DNA of 64,000 bases, from NCBI RefSeq assembly GCF_006345805.1, contig NC_043018.1:4340001-4404000 (forward strand), read 5' to 3'. This document shows, in pieces, positions 56,001-64,000 of the stretch. The DNA comes from Octopus sinensis. Lineage: Eukaryota. Each line of letters begins with the position of its first letter. The stretch's first letter is position 1. The notes beneath the pieces are model-generated. The model did not search any database and was not told the origin of the DNA. It worked only from the letters and a program-made list of their open reading frames with translations. Made by a program: the position numbers and the translations under genes.

Positions 56001-59000
56001 CCATATATAAAGCACCAGTGCTGGTGTCACAAGAAAAGCATCCAGTACACTCTGTAAAGTGGTTTGGTGTCAGGAAAGGCATCCAGCTGTAGAAACCTAG
56101 CCAAAACAGACAATTGGAGCCTGGCACAGCTCACCAGCTCCCCACTCTCTGTCAAACCATCCAACTCATGCCAGTATGCAAAATGGATGTTGAATGATGA
56201 TGTTGAATGATGATAATGATGATGAACAACTCCTGACATACCACTGGAAACATGTGACCAATGCCATGGTCCACAAATTGTGATATAATGTACAGAAATA
56301 CATCAGGAATATATATATTAGGGTGGCGAGCTGGCAGAAACGTTAGCACGCCAGGCAAAATGCGTAGCTGTATTTCATCTGCCGTTACGTTCTGAGTTCG
56401 AATTCTGCCGAGGTCGACTTTGCCTTTCATCCTTTCGGGGTCGATAAATTAAGTACCAGTTACACACTGGGGTCAATGTAATCGACTTAATCCGTTTGTC
56501 TGTCCTTGTTTGTCCCCTCTATGTTTAGCCCCTTGTGGGTAATAAAGAAACATATACAGAAATATATCAGGAAACATTAGCACCAAACACTGATTAATCC
56601 AGACACACATTGACCTACACAGGTATGCCCTTATGCATGCTGTCACACAATGATTCAGATGAGTACACACTCATGTCGGAAGGTGCACATTAATATATAC
56701 TCTATTCTTATTCCCAGAACTTCATTCATGAAGTGTCATGTTATTTCTTTTTTTATTATTTTGGTTTTCTTGACAAAGTTCTTATGAAATACAAATATAA
56801 ATCTGCAAGACAGTGCTGCTCCAGCAGCCGCATGGCTGAAATGAATAAAAGAGTAAAAAAGATATACGTATAGATATACACACACACACACACACATACT
56901 TATTTATACACACATACATACGTACACAGATTTATACATACATTTGAATACACAAACACACATATGCATTCATCTGCACACACTCCTAACTTTCTTATGC
57001 GTCCCATCCATGAAATACAAGGCTGAAATAAATGGCCATGAGAAAACCCAAACTGTTTTGTCAGTTGTTACCTCAAGCTTAGCATGTTCTCTTGCAAGGA
57101 ATATGTTGAAAATGTCCAAACTTTCTTCTACTTCCAATAATTTATCCTTGAAAGATACGTCAATTGGAAATTCAATATGTTTCTTGTATAAGTCCTTGTA
57201 TTTTTTGTAATTTGTCCTGAAAATAGATTATTACTATTATATAGTAACCAATAGCAACAGACAAAACTTAAATAAAGAGTTTCAAAGTATTAAAAGGGAG
57301 TAACTACAGTGGCAAAGAGAAAAATGGATTCAAGTATGGCTGTCTGGTTAAAAGTTTGCTTCACAATTACACATTATCAGGTTTGCATCTTGAGTAAGTG
57401 TTTTCCCCCGTAGTACTTGGTCATTCTAGTGCTATGGTGAAAAAACACACCTGCCTAGGGTGCTGTGGACAGAAACTGTGAAGATGCCCCCTACAGGAGT
57501 TGTTTCTATTCTAGGGTGGTAGACTTAATCTGGTGAATAGTTGGCAGAGTCGTTAGAGTGCCAATAGATTGCCTTGAAGTAATTGCTTCAGTTCTCTACA
57601 TGACTTCAAATATTGTCAGAGTTAACTGTCTTTCATTAATTTGTTTTGTGTGTGTGTGTGTGGGGGGGGGGTTATACTAATGTACTCAGGTCAATTCTTT
57701 TGTTTTTCTTTGTCTTTTTCTCTTTACAAGAATAAATTTGCTGTGGTCAGACCTTGAGAGAGATGAGCTCCAACAATTCTAAAAAGTATTCAAGACATGC
57801 TGTATGTCACAATGGCACAACTATGAGTCCTTCAAAGGGATTGAGGAACCAAGGCAAAGTAAGACTTTATCATCTAAATTAATACCTGGTCCTTAGTGCT
57901 TTTAGCCAAAGTATAGTCTGTTGCAAAAACTCAGGCCAGCTCTCCAGTCTGAGTATAACTTTTCCCTTTCTTCCCAACAGTTCATAAAGACTCTGAAAAA
58001 AGGCCACAAGACTTCCTTTCCTTCCCTCACTAAACAATTAAAAGGAATTTTAAAAATGCAGAGATGACTTTGGAGAGTGAGTGACTTTGGGGTTAGTGAT
58101 ATATTTACTAGACCAGTGCATCCTAAACTTGCCACAGAATCCTTTAGATGATTTCTCCAAACAGATGGAACCCTTTATCGTTTACTTGTTTTGGTCACTG
58201 AACAGCAGCATCCAGTGACTTCAAAGTGGTGCCCTATACTACAAGGTCTTTGGGCACGACCTAGAAGGGTTTAGTTGAGAAAATCAATCCCAGTACACAT
58301 TTTGAAGTAAAAAAATTATTCTATCAGTCTCTTTTGCTGAAAAACTAAGTTCATCATCATCATCATCATCATCATTTAACATCCATTTTCCATTCTGGCA
58401 TGTGTTGAATGATTTGACAGGATCTGGAGAGCTGCCCAGGTTCAAATTGTCTGTTTTGGTAGCATGGTTTCTACAGCTAGATGCTCTTCCTAATGCCAAC
58501 CACTTCACAGAGCATCTTGGGTGTCTTTTTACATGGGTGCTTTTATGTGATACTGGTTATCAAGTGGCAGTAGAGGAGGACAAATCAAAGATGCACACAC
58601 AACTTACATATATGATAAGCTTCCATACAGTTTCCATGAACCAAATCCACTTACAAAACATTGGTTGACTAACCACTATTATAGAAGACTCTTGCCCAAC
58701 TCAAAACCAAATGGATGCAAAGTGAGTTCCAAATGTCACATGATCCATATTTTATAGACAATTCCCTCTGCTCTCATTTTAAATAAAAACATTAAATGAA
58801 ATAACAATTATTTAGAGAAACAATTTATTCATATAAAAGCCTGTTATTTGATAGTGGTGTAGTGACACCAAGTCATACTAAACCTTTATCAGCAGAAATA
58901 TGATGTAATGGTCATGTTGCCCAAATAGGTATGATTGTTAGGTTCCCATTGGTTAAAATTACTGCCCATATTTGAATTCTAAACTTTTGTCAAAGAGAAA

Positions 59001-60795
59001 TCTTTTATGAAATAAGGTTCTTAGAATTCAGGTATGAGCAGTTATAAAAACCCTGATTTTTGGGAAATTAATCAGTGTATGTTGGTTGGTTGGTTGGTTG
59101 TTACTCGACTCCACGACACTCACACTCAGTGTTCGTTCATTGTCACTCATTTCCATGACACTCACTCCTTTGAGATATTGGTTATTGTTATGTCATGTCT
59201 ATTACTTAACTCAACAAGGCTATTTTGAATTTTTGTGTAGAACTCTAGTAGCTTAGTATGGAAGAATTAGTTAATATAAATTTATGCCATAATTCTCTAC
59301 AACTGTTTTCTTTTTAGACTTATAATATTGTACTGTAAATATTAAATATATGCAAATAAACTAATTTAGTAAATGATTTCACTTTCTTCATTTTCTTCAA
59401 CCTGTTAATGAAATTTATTTCTGCAACTATAAAAACTGTTATTTTTGTGGTGAAAAAGAGTGAGCTTATTTATCTTCAACATACATGCACATTCAGCGTC
59501 TTGGTATATAATCCATCATGGCGTTTACACAGCCTGAGTCAAGATTTATGTATAGTGATAATACTTCTAAGTGACAGGTTTATCACCACAGATTTCTACT
59601 CAAAAAAATATGTATTTATCATCTTTTCCAAGTTGAAACTGTTATCGTGGTTTCTGACTTAGGCATGAGGTTAGTAGTTGGGAGGAGAAGCTGTTAATTA
59701 CTACCAGCAACCTCAGTATTTCACTGGTACTTTATTTTATAAATTGCTGGCACCTGTGCCGGTGGCATATGTGTAAAAAGATTCAAGCGAGGTCATTGCC
59801 AGTACCGCCTAACTGGCCCCTGTGCCAGTGGCACATAAAAAGCATCCACTACACTCTCGGAGTGGTTGGTGTTAGGAAGGGCATCCCACTGTAGAAACTC
59901 TGCCAGATCAAGAATGGAGCTTGGTGCAGCCATCTGGTTCACCAGCCCTCATTCAAAATCGTCCAACCCATGCTAACATGGAAAGCGGACGTTAAATGAT
60001 GATGAAAGGCAAAGTTGACCCCAGTAAGTTTGACATCAGAATGTAAAGAGCTGAAATGAATACCTCCAGATTTAACAATTTTACCAACCCTGTAAGACCC
60101 TTGACAACAGGTTGTTGCCTGTTTGCTCTTACCAAATTACTCAGAAGAACTGAAATGATAATAATAATTCTTTCTAATTTGGCATTTTTAAGAGGAGTGG
60201 ATTGATTGATTCTGACAATTCCAATTCTTTGACTGATACCTTATTTTATTGACTCTAGAGGGATAAAAGGCAAAGTTGACCATGTTGGGATTTGAACTCA
60301 GAACACAAAGAACCTGAACAAATACTACCAAGTATGTTTTCTGATTGATTCTATCTGCTAAAACCATCACTTACTAATCTGATAATAATAAAACCTTTAA
60401 TCCCCCTTTTCAATATTTGTTCTCATCAACTGGATCTGCCTAGCAATATCTGTTACCTTAGTAACAACAAGAGAAAGTGGCAACATGATATATATATATG
60501 CAAGAATGTTTGTAACAAAGTGTACATAGCAGGTTCTACAGCTAACAGTTCAATATTAGCTGTATTGATTATTGATTGGCACACCCACTCACACAAACAC
60601 ACACTCACACAGACACACACTCACACAAACACACTTACATACACACACGATTCACATGCACTCACAATCTCTCTCTCTCTCTCTCTCATGGATACACTCA
60701 TACATACACACATACACATCATACTCTCTCTCTTTCTCTCTCACACACTCACAACACTCTCTCACATACACACACACTTTCTTTCTTTCTTTCTT

Positions 60796-60826
<31 letters not shown>

Positions 60827-62970
60827 TCCTACTTCTAATGAGTTACAAAGAATCAAGATGGATATACTTTGCTCCACTGAGGGAGCGTGCAAGCAATCAC
60901 ACAAACAGCAAGAAATGGCAGTCAAGTTTCCCTCGAATCACACCCTACCATCTTAAATGAAAACAAAAATTACTTTGGATAAAGCTGTCCAAAACATGCA
61001 AAAAGATGGAAGAGTCTTGGTTAGAAAGCTTTGATCATAGTCAGAGCAGCACTGGAACAACATGAACAACAATAATACCAACAACACACTACACACAATG
61101 ATAGAACCACAACACTGCTAGCATGAGCCAAAGAGGAAGATTCTATGTGGCCACTTGGACTGCAAGAAATGGCAGCCAAATCTCTCTCATATTACACTAC
61201 CATTAGACAGCTAATGACTTGCTGTACACAAGAAGACTCATACTCTACAACAGAAGTGTCAATGTCACTCTCTCTCTGATAAAGGGGATTGGCTTGCAAG
61301 GGCTCTGGGCTGGTGCCACATAAAATGCACTAATGCCAGTGCTACATTAAAAGCACCCAGCACACACTGTTCAGTGGTTCGCCTTCGGAAGGGCATCCAG
61401 CTGCAGAAAAGAGGCCAAGTCAGACTGGAACCTGGTGCAGCTTTCCTGCCTGCCAGCTCTGGTCAAACCATCCAATCCATATCAGCATAGAAAATGGACA
61501 TTAAACGATGAGGATGATGATGATGACAGACCCACATCCAAACCTATATTAATAGGTATGGATGTGAGATCTATATAAAAAAAAAAAAACAGATTTTAAA
61601 AAAAATCAAATATATTGCTTTACCTAGAATCTAATCTTGTCTCTTTCAAAATAGGTTCCACCTCAACTGATACAACATTGTTAATGCTTTCAAACATTCC
61701 CTGAAATAGGTTTTCAGGGTTAGTACACAGTTTTCATTGCTAATTTTCCTCTGATCTCTTCAATCATCTGAAACGGGTAAACTTTGCAAGCATGGGCCAA
61801 TTCTGAAGAGTAAGGTACCAGGGAAACAAGAATCATTTCATGCTTCACCAAAAGCCTCACAGATAATGAGTGATACATGAGCAGGTGTGTTACTTTGGTG
61901 CAGCATCCAGTTTTTGTTTGTTGATGCCTAAAGACTCTTCCTTTACATATCCCTGCCACTCAAAAATAAAGAAAAGAAAAAAGCTTGCTTCCCAACCACA
62001 TGGCTCCAGGTTCAATCCCATTGTGTGGCACCTTGGCAAGTATCTTCTACTATAGCCTCAGACCAACCAAAGACTTCTGAGTGGATTTGGTAGATGGAAA
62101 CTGAAAGAAGCCCGTCATATATATATATATATGTATGTATGTATATACTTATGAGTGTGTGCATGTGTGTTTATGTGTGTGTGTGTGTGTGTGGTGTTGG
62201 TGTGTTTATGTTCCCATAACTTAGTGGTTTGGCAAAAAAGATCAGATAGAATAAGTACCAGATTTCACAAAAAATAATAAGTACTGGGGTTGGTTCATTT
62301 GACTAGAATTCTTCAAGACAGTGCCCCAGCATGACCACAGCTTAATGACTGAAGCAAGCAAAAGATAACTGATAAAAGATAATCCTTTTAGCATCGTCCT
62401 CAGTGGATGGTGTTCCCAATTTGAAGTGTTGGTGGCACCTGTAATCTTGCATCCAACTCAAAACAATTGTCAGCTGTGTCTGAGTAAAAGTTGTTTCCCA
62501 ATGTGCAGAGAATTTCACACAAATGTGTCACTCTTGCAAAACCTTTGCTGTTCAAATTGTGATATATTCATCTGTTTATTCTAACATGTATTGATTAATG
62601 ACTAACTGACATTGCATGGTGAGAATGTTATTAGACTGAAGGTCAGTCGCACTCAGTCACAACCCTGCAGTCACAAGCATGTGGCCCCAGCACACTCAAA
62701 GACATCTGATACACTGAAAACAAAACAGCAGAAGAGTTACAGCTAAACAACAACATGAATTACATAATATAGGTGGAGGGTATACAGGTATAAAAATAGG
62801 AATATCTCACCTGTGTTTCAAAATTCTTTCCCAGGAGAAAGGTCGAATTCTTTCTTCAAGAATTGCATTGTAAGCATAAATCCACCATGCTTGTGGGCTC
62901 ACCTTCAATGGAACATTTGGATGGTATTTGCGGTACTTTCTGTTGACAGCCATCATTTGGAAGGAATCAA
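446..62970 (-). CDS. VPS13: VPS13A/C-like bridge lipid-transfer protein, partial (23 internal exons, N-terminal chorein/RBG region, about 883 codons)
   Basis: Manual splicing gives one open frame with all phases matching. Peptides such as NRKYRKYHP..AWWIYAYNAILE, LEESLD-like EVEESLDIFNIFLARE, KKGWLSWIFG, EKEQLYRGIGYDE, FETKPL, SPYMVIPEYG, LIVDFGTL, RLYDQF and ISDERL occur in the order I recall for VPS13A/C. Confidence 0.93.
805..1127. repeat. Imperfect (GA)n microsatellite
   Basis: Read directly; source of spurious RE-rich and LS-rich ORFs. Confidence 0.97.
1351..1389 (-). CDS. VPS13: VPS13 microexon, 39 nt (IIMLEKSNLFELE)
   Basis: Strong polypyrimidine tract with cag, GTGAGG donor; phase 0 to 0; fills an expected homologous segment. 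Confidence 0.8.
1451..1885 (+). mobile_element. tRNA-headed SINE family B with internal (TA)/(GT) tract; other copies near 14290-14610(-), 21230-21460(-), 28700-28910(+), 30175-30550(-), 49530-49900(+), 61980-62380(+)
   Basis: Shared A/B-box-like head (GGTTCAATCCC), GGCAAGT.TCTTC..CTATAGCCTC block and tail GACTGAAACAAGTAAAAGATA. Confidence 0.8.
1917..2121. mobile_element. piggyBac-like MITE family 1, degenerate copy
   Basis: TTAA-CCATTTCGTTA ... ATCAAAAGGG; homologous to 25183-25403 in the opposite orientation. Confidence 0.65.
2192..2295 (-). CDS. VPS13: VPS13 exon, 104 nt (LESQVLMKSNKTLVFCGLKDLNMKDCSPGAIYPN)
   Basis: cag/GTAAGC; phase 1 in, phase 0 out. Confidence 0.88.
2430..2790 (+). 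mobile_element. 3' end of CR1-type LINE with (TAT)n tail
   Basis: Matches the 3' end of the element at 36056-37530 (CTGCATCCTTCAAGA, GTGCACCTGA.CA.TG.ATACAATA). Confidence 0.8.
2845..3105 (-). mobile_element. R4/Dong-like retroelement 3' fragment
   Basis: KVEIGRIW...VPIIISALGTV (REL C-terminus); 3' UTR shared with 42030-42292. Confidence 0.75.
3582..3689 (-). CDS. VPS13: VPS13 exon, 108 nt (DVPDNLVKFSFCAAIKDVNFKVCDSENDIADIHIL)
   Basis: AAGCAG acceptor, GTAAGT donor; IADI.I motif. Confidence 0.88.
4629..4844. mobile_element. piggyBac-like MITE family 2; partial copy also near 45230-45400
   Basis: TIRs CCCTTTGGCATTCA ... TGAATGCTAAAGGG with degenerate TTAA flanks. Confidence 0.7.
5329..5441 (-). 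CDS. VPS13: VPS13 exon, 113 nt (INEKKMKTSTTSSISNSDSLEDFGILQPLTRMVSVTT)
   Basis: cag/GTATGT; phase 2 in, phase 1 out. Confidence 0.82.
6610..7170 (+). mobile_element. Two tRNA-headed SINE family C copies; others near 7815-8165, 15057-15320, 20150-20470, 33150-33380
   Basis: TGGCTTAGTGGTTAG A-box, TTCGATT B-box, TTGTGTTCTTGAGCAA block. Confidence 0.75.
7625..8198. mobile_element. piggyBac-like MITE family 2 carrying a nested family C SINE
   Basis: TTAA at 7621-7624 and 8199-8202; TIRs CTCTTTAGCATT / AATGCTAAAGGG; TTACATTTGA duplicated around the SINE. Confidence 0.8.
8209..8348 (-). CDS. VPS13: VPS13 exon, 140 nt (TDPKCPDFGVYG...FFLHQVGITHLNTYMTRLIN)
   Basis: cag/GTAAGT; P.F and LHQ motifs. 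Confidence 0.9.
8677..8885 (+). mobile_element. SINE family A (most abundant); further copies near 12124, 20540, 22180, 22765, 25746, 26335, 41660, 42315, 42617, 46180, 47800-48630, 53420, 56322, 60170, 63847
   Basis: Consensus GCTGGCAGAA..GTTAGCA...GAGTTCAAATTC.GCC.AGGTCGACTTTGCCTTTCATCCTTTCGGGGTCGATAAATTAAGTACCAG. The central block resembles, from memory, the Meta/Sauria-type SINE core. Confidence 0.85.
9120..9193 (-). CDS. VPS13: VPS13 exon, 74 nt (PSGEYLELIRSKSNDNLVSITYRM)
   Basis: cag/GTACGG; phase 1 in, phase 0 out. Confidence 0.85.
11491..11729 (-). CDS. VPS13: VPS13 exon, 239 nt (TCDIKSVDDH...GGIELVDKIHI)
   Basis: cag/GTAAGT; lies within ORF 11333..11758. Confidence 0.9.
12381..12840 (-). 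mobile_element. R4/Dong-like retroelement 3' fragment (distinct subfamily) with (TAA)n tail
   Basis: RDIVVVNKKQRTCMIIDIACP...IQRLW...VIPVGTGALG...TARILCRVLEA*. Confidence 0.8.
13412..13469 (-). CDS. VPS13: VPS13 microexon, 58 nt (61 nt with the upstream AAG acceptor): EYFGSASENSDEELPLRH
   Basis: Poly-T tract, AAGCAG acceptor, GTAAGC donor; needed to bridge phase 1 to phase 2. Confidence 0.82.
13620..14050 (+). mobile_element. RTE-type LINE 3' remnant
   Basis: KQFLYSQLCKGKRNHEKP*LRFKDTAKRNMK...WRKLI. Confidence 0.65.
15770..16782 (-). mobile_element. Complete non-autonomous Helitron (1013 bp)
   Basis: Minus strand: A|TCTTTATATATATAAAA...(GTCT)n 5' end; 3' hairpin GACCCG-GCAACGA-CGGGTC then CTAG|T; A-T insertion with no TSD. 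Confidence 0.85.
17214..17361 (-). CDS. VPS13: VPS13 exon, 148 nt (DKRQIQPDTEIPLLKLVRNS...EEPNRENS)
   Basis: cag/GTAAGT; open frame; phase 0 in, phase 1 out. Confidence 0.82.
17987..18155 (-). CDS. VPS13: VPS13 exon, 169 nt (HKLVTTLPSIKVNISDERLL...NCHPEL)
   Basis: cag/GTATGT; LP.I...ISD.R motif. Confidence 0.92.
21085..21202 (-). CDS. VPS13: VPS13 exon, 118 nt (DDWHTFQTEPDSLYHILPSTK...PDYKQLP)
   Basis: cag/GTGAGT; W...HIL.P motif. Confidence 0.9.
22551..22638 (-). CDS. VPS13: VPS13 exon, 88 nt (DATMSEIESRLYDQFTIKINEVKILLADS)
   Basis: cag/GTGCGG; YD.F motif; follows a 15.6-kb intron. Confidence 0.92.
25130..25745. repeat. Degenerate TGTTGACA/TGTCAAT-rich minisatellite, interrupted by the MITE
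   Basis: Recurrent AATGTTGACA, TTGACAATAT and ATGTCAGTGC units. Confidence 0.75.
25183..25403. mobile_element. piggyBac-like MITE family 1, intact (221 bp); another copy at 32257-32430
   Basis: TTAA|CCCTTTTGTTAC ... GTAACGAAAGGG|TTAA. Confidence 0.85.
29047..29535. mobile_element. Tc1/mariner-like non-autonomous element (about 490 bp); second copy 55401-55893; partial homology near 63360-63510
   Basis: Two near-identical copies; TIR CACTGTGTAA..AATTTTTGTC; TA flanks; copy 1 splits an older repeat at a TA. Confidence 0.7.
30667..30927. mobile_element. hAT-like MITE; also 53723-53964
   Basis: TIRs CAGTGGTTCTCAAC / GTTGAGAATCACTG; 8-bp flanks ATTTAGGG / ATTTAGTT. Confidence 0.75.
32640..32945 (+). 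mobile_element. RTE/RTEX-type LINE 3' remnant
   Basis: Frameshifted LNI.WKKH..KQRLYG...CWRGKQELIS...PQHG peptide. Confidence 0.6.
36056..37530 (-). mobile_element. 5'-truncated CR1-type LINE, RT pseudogene with 3' UTR
   Basis: WKIASVNPLFKKG, VYLDFAKAF..VPH, GVPQGSVLGPLLF, YADD, VRPHLEFASPVWNP, TRGH, FF..RV...WN.LP; frameshifted. Confidence 0.92.
37854..38104. mobile_element. hAT-like MITE
   Basis: TIRs CAGCGGTTCTCAACC / GGTTGAGAAACACTG; 8-bp TSD CTCTACAA / CTCTACAG. Confidence 0.82.
38248..38326 (-). CDS. VPS13: VPS13 exon, 79 nt (GGYVLIVDFGTLTLESELQPKNVSLE)
   Basis: cag/GTAAGA; L..DFG motif. Confidence 0.92.
38671..38757 (-). ncRNA. Degenerate minimal type I hammerhead ribozyme motif
   Basis: TGCAA-CTGAAGA-TTGC...GCAT-GAAAC-CATC-GTA-CTGCA; mismatches next to the core. 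Confidence 0.45.
39125..39710 (+). mobile_element. Penelope-like element, GIY-YIG endonuclease remnant
   Basis: CNCHNQDLCSLKGFC...NVVHK...IYIGST...RY..H..SF...ST...W.I...PY....NCKLCTKE...CRH, with stops and frameshifts; abuts (TA)n. Confidence 0.8.
40370..40437 (-). CDS. VPS13: VPS13 exon, 68 nt (TIHVSVNMRSPYMVIPEYGSLQ)
   Basis: tag/GTAAGA; P.IP..G motif. Confidence 0.9.
41069..41206 (-). CDS. VPS13: VPS13 exon, 138 nt (HSLSELTAFFQFP...LQYAIQQHK)
   Basis: cag/GTTAGT; phase 0 to 0. Confidence 0.9.
42030..42292 (+). mobile_element. R4/Dong-like 3' fragment with (TAA)n tail
   Basis: WLEEIGIKCLAELLQKVCLLRIARIIRRVLST*; UTR matches 2845-3105. Confidence 0.78.
43251..44790. repeat. Unclassified element with inverted arms over 300 bp long (about 43251-43576 versus 44128-44790; right arm interrupted)
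   Basis: Arms are reverse complements, e.g. CTTGACCCTTATTTTTGATATTGTTCTTGT / ACAAGAACAATATCAAAAATAAGGGTCAAG. Confidence 0.85.
44405..44733 (-). mobile_element. RTE 3'UTR-derived insertion with (GAT)n tail and 19-bp TSD; related pieces near 23690-24000, 34390-34670, 55980-56225, 58350-58530, 59740-60005, 61300-61525
   Basis: TSD ATTTCCAGATAATGAACAT (44386-44404) / ATTTCCAGACAATGAACAT (44734-44752); sequence matches 54066-54450. Confidence 0.85.
45004..45116 (-). CDS. VPS13: VPS13 exon, 113 nt (PSVNQIFTLEFETKPL...QPVEMVYDE)
   Basis: cag/GTCAGA; FE..PL and P.E..YD motifs. Confidence 0.92.
45911..46002 (-). CDS. VPS13: VPS13 exon, 92 nt (VSCNTESFSIEGVSMEHELIPILTSDVGVY)
   Basis: cag/GTGAGT; phase 2 in, phase 1 out. 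Confidence 0.88.
46501..47754 (+). mobile_element. 5'-truncated R4/Dong-clade retroelement inside a (TAA)n tract
   Basis: KEGGRGL, YGKY, CRVC...ETIDHVVSKC (CCHC), RHD, RPDI...IDMTVP, KYKDL, VIGALG; stops and frameshifts; TAA runs on both sides. Confidence 0.9.
49361..49428 (+). ncRNA. Minimal type I hammerhead ribozyme motif (Penelope/retrozyme type)
   Basis: Stem I GATAA/TTATC, CTGAAGA at 49369-49375, stem II GATG/CATC, GAAA at 49407-49410, palindromic stem III ACTC-A-GAGT, GUU triplet. Confidence 0.62.
50083..50219 (-). CDS. VPS13: VPS13 exon, 137 nt (YIAYKVQINLKS...LDYRPGSESCR)
   Basis: cag/GTAAGG; phase 0 in, phase 2 out. Confidence 0.88.
50292..51650 (-). mobile_element. Full-length decayed mariner (Mos1-like DD34D) transposon
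   Basis: TA flanks; imperfect TIRs sharing CCATAAGTTCTG; ATG at 51472 (MEVSKEHLRHIML..RRWFAKFRSGDFSLE), VTGDEKWI, HQDN, HPPYSPNLAP, stop at 50367; frameshifts and a SINE-tail insert near 51110-51175. Confidence 0.92.
51750..51910 (-). mobile_element. R4/Dong-like extreme 3' fragment
   Basis: LLKVCLLGTTRIIRKVSDS* followed by UTR and a TAA-like tail. Confidence 0.6.
52489..52583 (-). CDS. VPS13: VPS13 exon, 95 nt (WFSKLSIDEKEQLYRGIGYDENANIYDIPRE)
   Basis: tag/GTAAA; EK..LY..IGY motif. Confidence 0.92.
52816..52924 (-). CDS. VPS13: VPS13 exon, 109 nt (LKKTENEKVTKPEKKKGWLSWIFGSEEDSDYENDKT)
   Basis: cag/GTATT; GW.SW motif; phase 0 in, phase 1 out. Confidence 0.88.
54066..54860 (-). mobile_element. 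5'-truncated RTE LINE (ORF C-terminus, long 3' UTR, (GAT)n tail)
   Basis: MDEDRCVKKC...VEGTHGRGRPRKTWDEVV...DRELW. Confidence 0.85.
57072..57216 (-). CDS. VPS13: VPS13 exon, 145 nt (TNYKKYKDLYKK...LDIFNIFLAREHAKLE)
   Basis: cag/GTAAC; phase 2 in, phase 0 out. Confidence 0.93.
61620..62560 (-). mobile_element. Old mariner remnant interrupted by a family B SINE
   Basis: Degenerate H.SLSV...VPYSSELA (PPYSPDLAP-like) and FKLG..STEDD segments. Confidence 0.5.
62811..62970 (-). CDS. VPS13: VPS13 exon, 160 nt (DSFQMMAVNRKYRKYHPNVPLKVSPQAWWIYAYNAILEERIRPFSWERILKHR)
   Basis: tag acceptor, GTGAGA donor, conserved WW.YA motif. Confidence 0.93.
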
Positions 62971-64000
62971 CTAAATTAATCATATTCAGTAACTGTAGGG
63001 AGAGGACAAAAAGTAATCATTATTATCATTATTGTTATTATCATCATCATCATCATCATTATTATTATTATTACTGAGTGAGAGAACAACACATACCATC
63101 AAAGTGATGCTGGGGTAGAATATACGATGCCCAATATACCCATCATGACTACCTGTCTGATAAAGGTACATGAGGCATATGCATCACAACCATATGTGCA
63201 CAACATGGTCATCTCATATCAAGATAAACAGTACATGACCTTGCAGGTGGGGCCCTGTTAGAAGTTTCTTCAGGTTGAGTAACCCACTCCACTCAAAAGG
63301 TCCTTGAATATGGTTTGCTTAAGGTAGATGAACAAAACATCTATGTTTCCAAAGGTTAATTATTCAAACCAAAAAGAGTCCCTCTCAATATATGGCTATG
63401 ATGCTCCCCCACTACTCCTACTCCTGTGTACATATTATCAGTCACTAAGGGACACGCTCAACTGGTTAAGGTCAAACAATGGACAAGCAAATTTGTGGTA
63501 TTGAGCAGAATATTTGGCCTTGTCCAAGATGCCAATCAGTGAGACTAAACCCACAACTTTATGGCCAGAAAGTAAACTTCCACCCCTGCTCCTATAGGTC
63601 ACTTTAATTAAATTATGAAGAGATGCTGATTGTGTATTTTACTGATATTCAAGATGCATTAAAAAAATCCTAGATGCCTCCTTCTTGACCATCTAAAATA
63701 TGGGAGGTTCTTTTATTGCGCTTGTATGTATTTTACTCCTGCCAACATTAGATACATATGTTCAATCAGGACCAGCTTAAGGCCAATCTATAAGCCAGTG
63801 ATCTGTGGGGCCTAAGGTTGGATACCTCAATACTGAGGAGTAGGTAAGGCAGCAAGCTGGCAGAAACATTAGCATACCGGGCGAAATGCTTAGTGGTATT
63901 TCGTCTGTCTTTACGTTCAAATTCTGCTGAGGCAGACTTTGCCTTTTATCTTTTCGGGGTGGATAAATTAAGTAGCAGTTGCATACTGGGGTCAGTCTAA

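Overview
Eukaryotic, AT-rich, microsatellite-dense genomic DNA; the repeat landscape suggests an octopus/coleoid cephalopod (inference). The window lies inside one large minus-strand gene encoding a VPS13A/C-like bridge lipid-transfer protein. I traced 23 GT-AG exons (62970 down to 446, 2651 nt, about 883 codons) that join in one open frame with every intron phase matching. The start and stop codons are outside the window. The introns hold a full-length decayed mariner, a CR1-type LINE, several R4/Dong-like retroelements in (TAA)n tracts, RTE remnants, a Penelope GIY-YIG remnant, a complete non-autonomous Helitron, piggyBac-, hAT- and Tc1-like MITEs, and three SINE families. The most notable items are minimal hammerhead-ribozyme motifs (one nearly intact), a phospho-FFAT-like microexon with a tandem acceptor, a long intronic inverted repeat and repeated TAA-targeted insertions. 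I found no convincing wholly new multi-gene system. Most long ORFs in the track are microsatellite artefacts.
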